This document shows, one piece after another, positions 63,087 through 64,000 of a stretch of 64,000 nt of DNA. Each line of letters starts with the position of its first letter. Positions within the stretch are counted from its first letter, which is position 1. The notes under the pieces are model-generated. The model was not told the DNA's origin. It did not search any database and worked only from the letters and a program-made list of their open reading frames with translations. Source of the stretch: Gemmatimonadales bacterium (GTDB lineage Bacteria; Gemmatimonadota; Gemmatimonadetes; Gemmatimonadales; GWC2-71-9); NCBI GenBank assembly GCA_041580775.1, contig JBFGDF010000003.1, positions 2,806 through 66,805 on the forward strand. Reading direction: 5' to 3'. The translations under genes were made by a program, and so were the position numbers.

Positions 63087-63899
63087 ATGCGCCTACGAAC
63101 TCCATCCCTGTGCCTCCTCGTGGCCGCCTGTGCGGGTACGCAGCCGGGCGTCGCGCCGCTGCCGCCACCGCCGGCGGCGCTCACCTACGGCCCCTGGACC
63201 GGGCGGTACGTCTTCGTCCGGCACCGCCACGTCGAGCAGGTGTTTCAGGGCCAGCCCCTCGTGAGCGACGTGACGAGCCACCTGTGGCTCTCGGTCACGA
63301 CGTCGGCCGGCGACCCAGGGCTCCGATTGGAACTCCTGGTGGACTCGGCGCGCGTGCGCGGGTCGGGACTCCCGCCCGGTGCGGCGGAGGGCGCGCGTGG
63401 CCGTCGCTTCGAAGCGAACCTGCAGCCCGACGGCCGGCTCGAGCACGTGATCCGGCCGTCGGTGACCAACCCGCTCATTGATCAGCTGGCGTTCGACCTC
63501 GTGGACCTGCTGCCCCTGCTGCCCCCTGGCGGGGCCCGACCGGGCGCCACCTGGACCGACACCACGCACGGCGCCGGTGCCATGCAGGACATGACACTCA
63601 CCGTCCAGTCGGTCAACACGCGAAGTACTGCGGACTGGTCCATCGTGGAGGGAGCGCGGGGCCTCGAATTCACCACGGCCGCACGGTTCACGGTCACCGG
63701 AAGCGGCGAACAGGCCGGACAGCCGTTCACGCTCTCCGGCGAGGGGCAGGGAACCGCGCACCACTGGCTCACTGCGGGCGGGCGGCTACTCCGCCTGATC
63801 CGCGGGGATTCCACGCGGATTGACGTGGACCTGCCGGGCGTCGGTCTGGTCATTCCCGTCACGCAACAGACGACCGACACCGTGCGGGCAGTCCTGTGA
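63087..63899 (+). CDS. Hypothetical lipoprotein
   Basis: This is the internal ATG of ORF 62964..63899; the upstream part of that ORF overlaps rnpB. The lipobox is LLVAACAG. GC3 is high. Confidence 0.55.
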   Translation: MRLRTPSLCLLVAACAGTQPGVAPLPPPPAALTYGPWTGRYVFVRHRHVEQVFQGQPLVSDVTSHLWLSVTTSAGDPGLRLELLVDSARVRGSGLPPGAAEGARGRRFEANLQPDGRLEHVIRPSVTNPLIDQLAFDLVDLLPLLPPGGARPGATWTDTTHGAGAMQDMTLTVQSVNTRSTADWSIVEGARGLEFTTAARFTVTGSGEQAGQPFTLSGEGQGTAHHWLTAGGRLLRLIRGDSTRIDVDLPGVGLVIPVTQQTTDTVRAVL

Positions 63900-64000
63900 G
63901 GCAAGCCTCTCCGTTCGCCCTGGGCCTGCTCTTCCTGGGCCTTGGCGCGCCCGCCCATGCCCAATACCGCACCCCCCGCTCGGCGGACTACCTGTTCGCG
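63896..64000 (+). CDS. Secreted hypothetical protein, N-terminal fragment (continues past the window end)
   Basis: The GTG start overlaps the upstream stop (GTGA). My translation VRQASPFALGLLFLGLGAPAHAQYRTPRSADYLF looks like a signal peptide. Confidence 0.4.
   Translation, partial: MRQASPFALGLLFLGLGAPAHAQYRTPRSADYLFA

Noticed and set aside
1-64000. Global reassignment of TGA (to Trp, Cys or Gly) as an explanation for the two in-frame TGAs.
   Set aside because: TGA clearly functions as the stop codon for many genes here, including all 17 ATGA/GTGA overlap junctions. Protein ends at TGA coincide with expected family lengths, for example polA, korA and pyrE's upstream kinase.
1-64000. A search for CRISPR arrays, tRNA/rRNA genes, transposases, integrases, prophage or toxin-antitoxin/defence modules.
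   Set aside because: None was found by reading. Intergenic spacers are short, no spaced direct-repeat arrays are present, and no recombinase or phage-like ORFs appear. The GNAT gene is RimJ-like within a metabolic operon rather than paired with the RHH gene, so I make no TA call.

Overview
This is a 64-kb stretch of very GC-rich bacterial chromosome; third codon positions are almost always G or C. It is densely packed with about 66 protein genes and one RNase P RNA gene (rnpB). I saw no rRNA, tRNA, CRISPR array, transposase, integrase or phage genes, so it reads as core or metabolic chromosome rather than a mobile island. The gene content (GWxTD protein, many secreted metallopeptidases, LVIVD and BNR propellers) and the GC level would fit a Gemmatimonadota- or Acidobacteriota-like soil bacterium, but that is only a weak inference.

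Main contents:
- A minus-strand supercluster at 1-8673 carries three 2-oxoacid:ferredoxin oxidoreductase systems (korA2B2, korA1B1 and a PFOR-like gene), a membrane-anchored RnfB-like Fe-S protein and an embedded unknown gene.
- A tightly coupled five-gene envelope module of unknown function lies at 16099-18031.
- Secreted peptidases and hydrolases are numerous: M1, M2 (ACE-like), M28, M10 and two beta-lactamase-fold serine hydrolases.
- A radical SAM gene faces an archaeal-type HMG-CoA synthase/thiolase/DUF35 operon that ends in a small RHH gene.
- An SbtA/P-II-like transporter operon is present.
- Housekeeping and other genes include polA, a cold-shock gene, a GWxTD and lytic transglycosylase pair, a Ser/Thr kinase fused by codon overlap to pyrE, and rnpB.

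The most notable signals are two conserved genes interrupted by in-frame TGA codons. In an OsmC/YhfA-family gene the TGA sits exactly at the conserved active-site Cys and is followed by a SECIS-like hairpin, which makes it a candidate selenoprotein. In a TPR-like gene the TGA sits where I expect a Trp.

Seventeen gene junctions in the window use 4-nt ATGA/GTGA start-stop overlaps. Many long ORFs in the supplied track are off-frame or antisense artefacts of high GC and were rejected.
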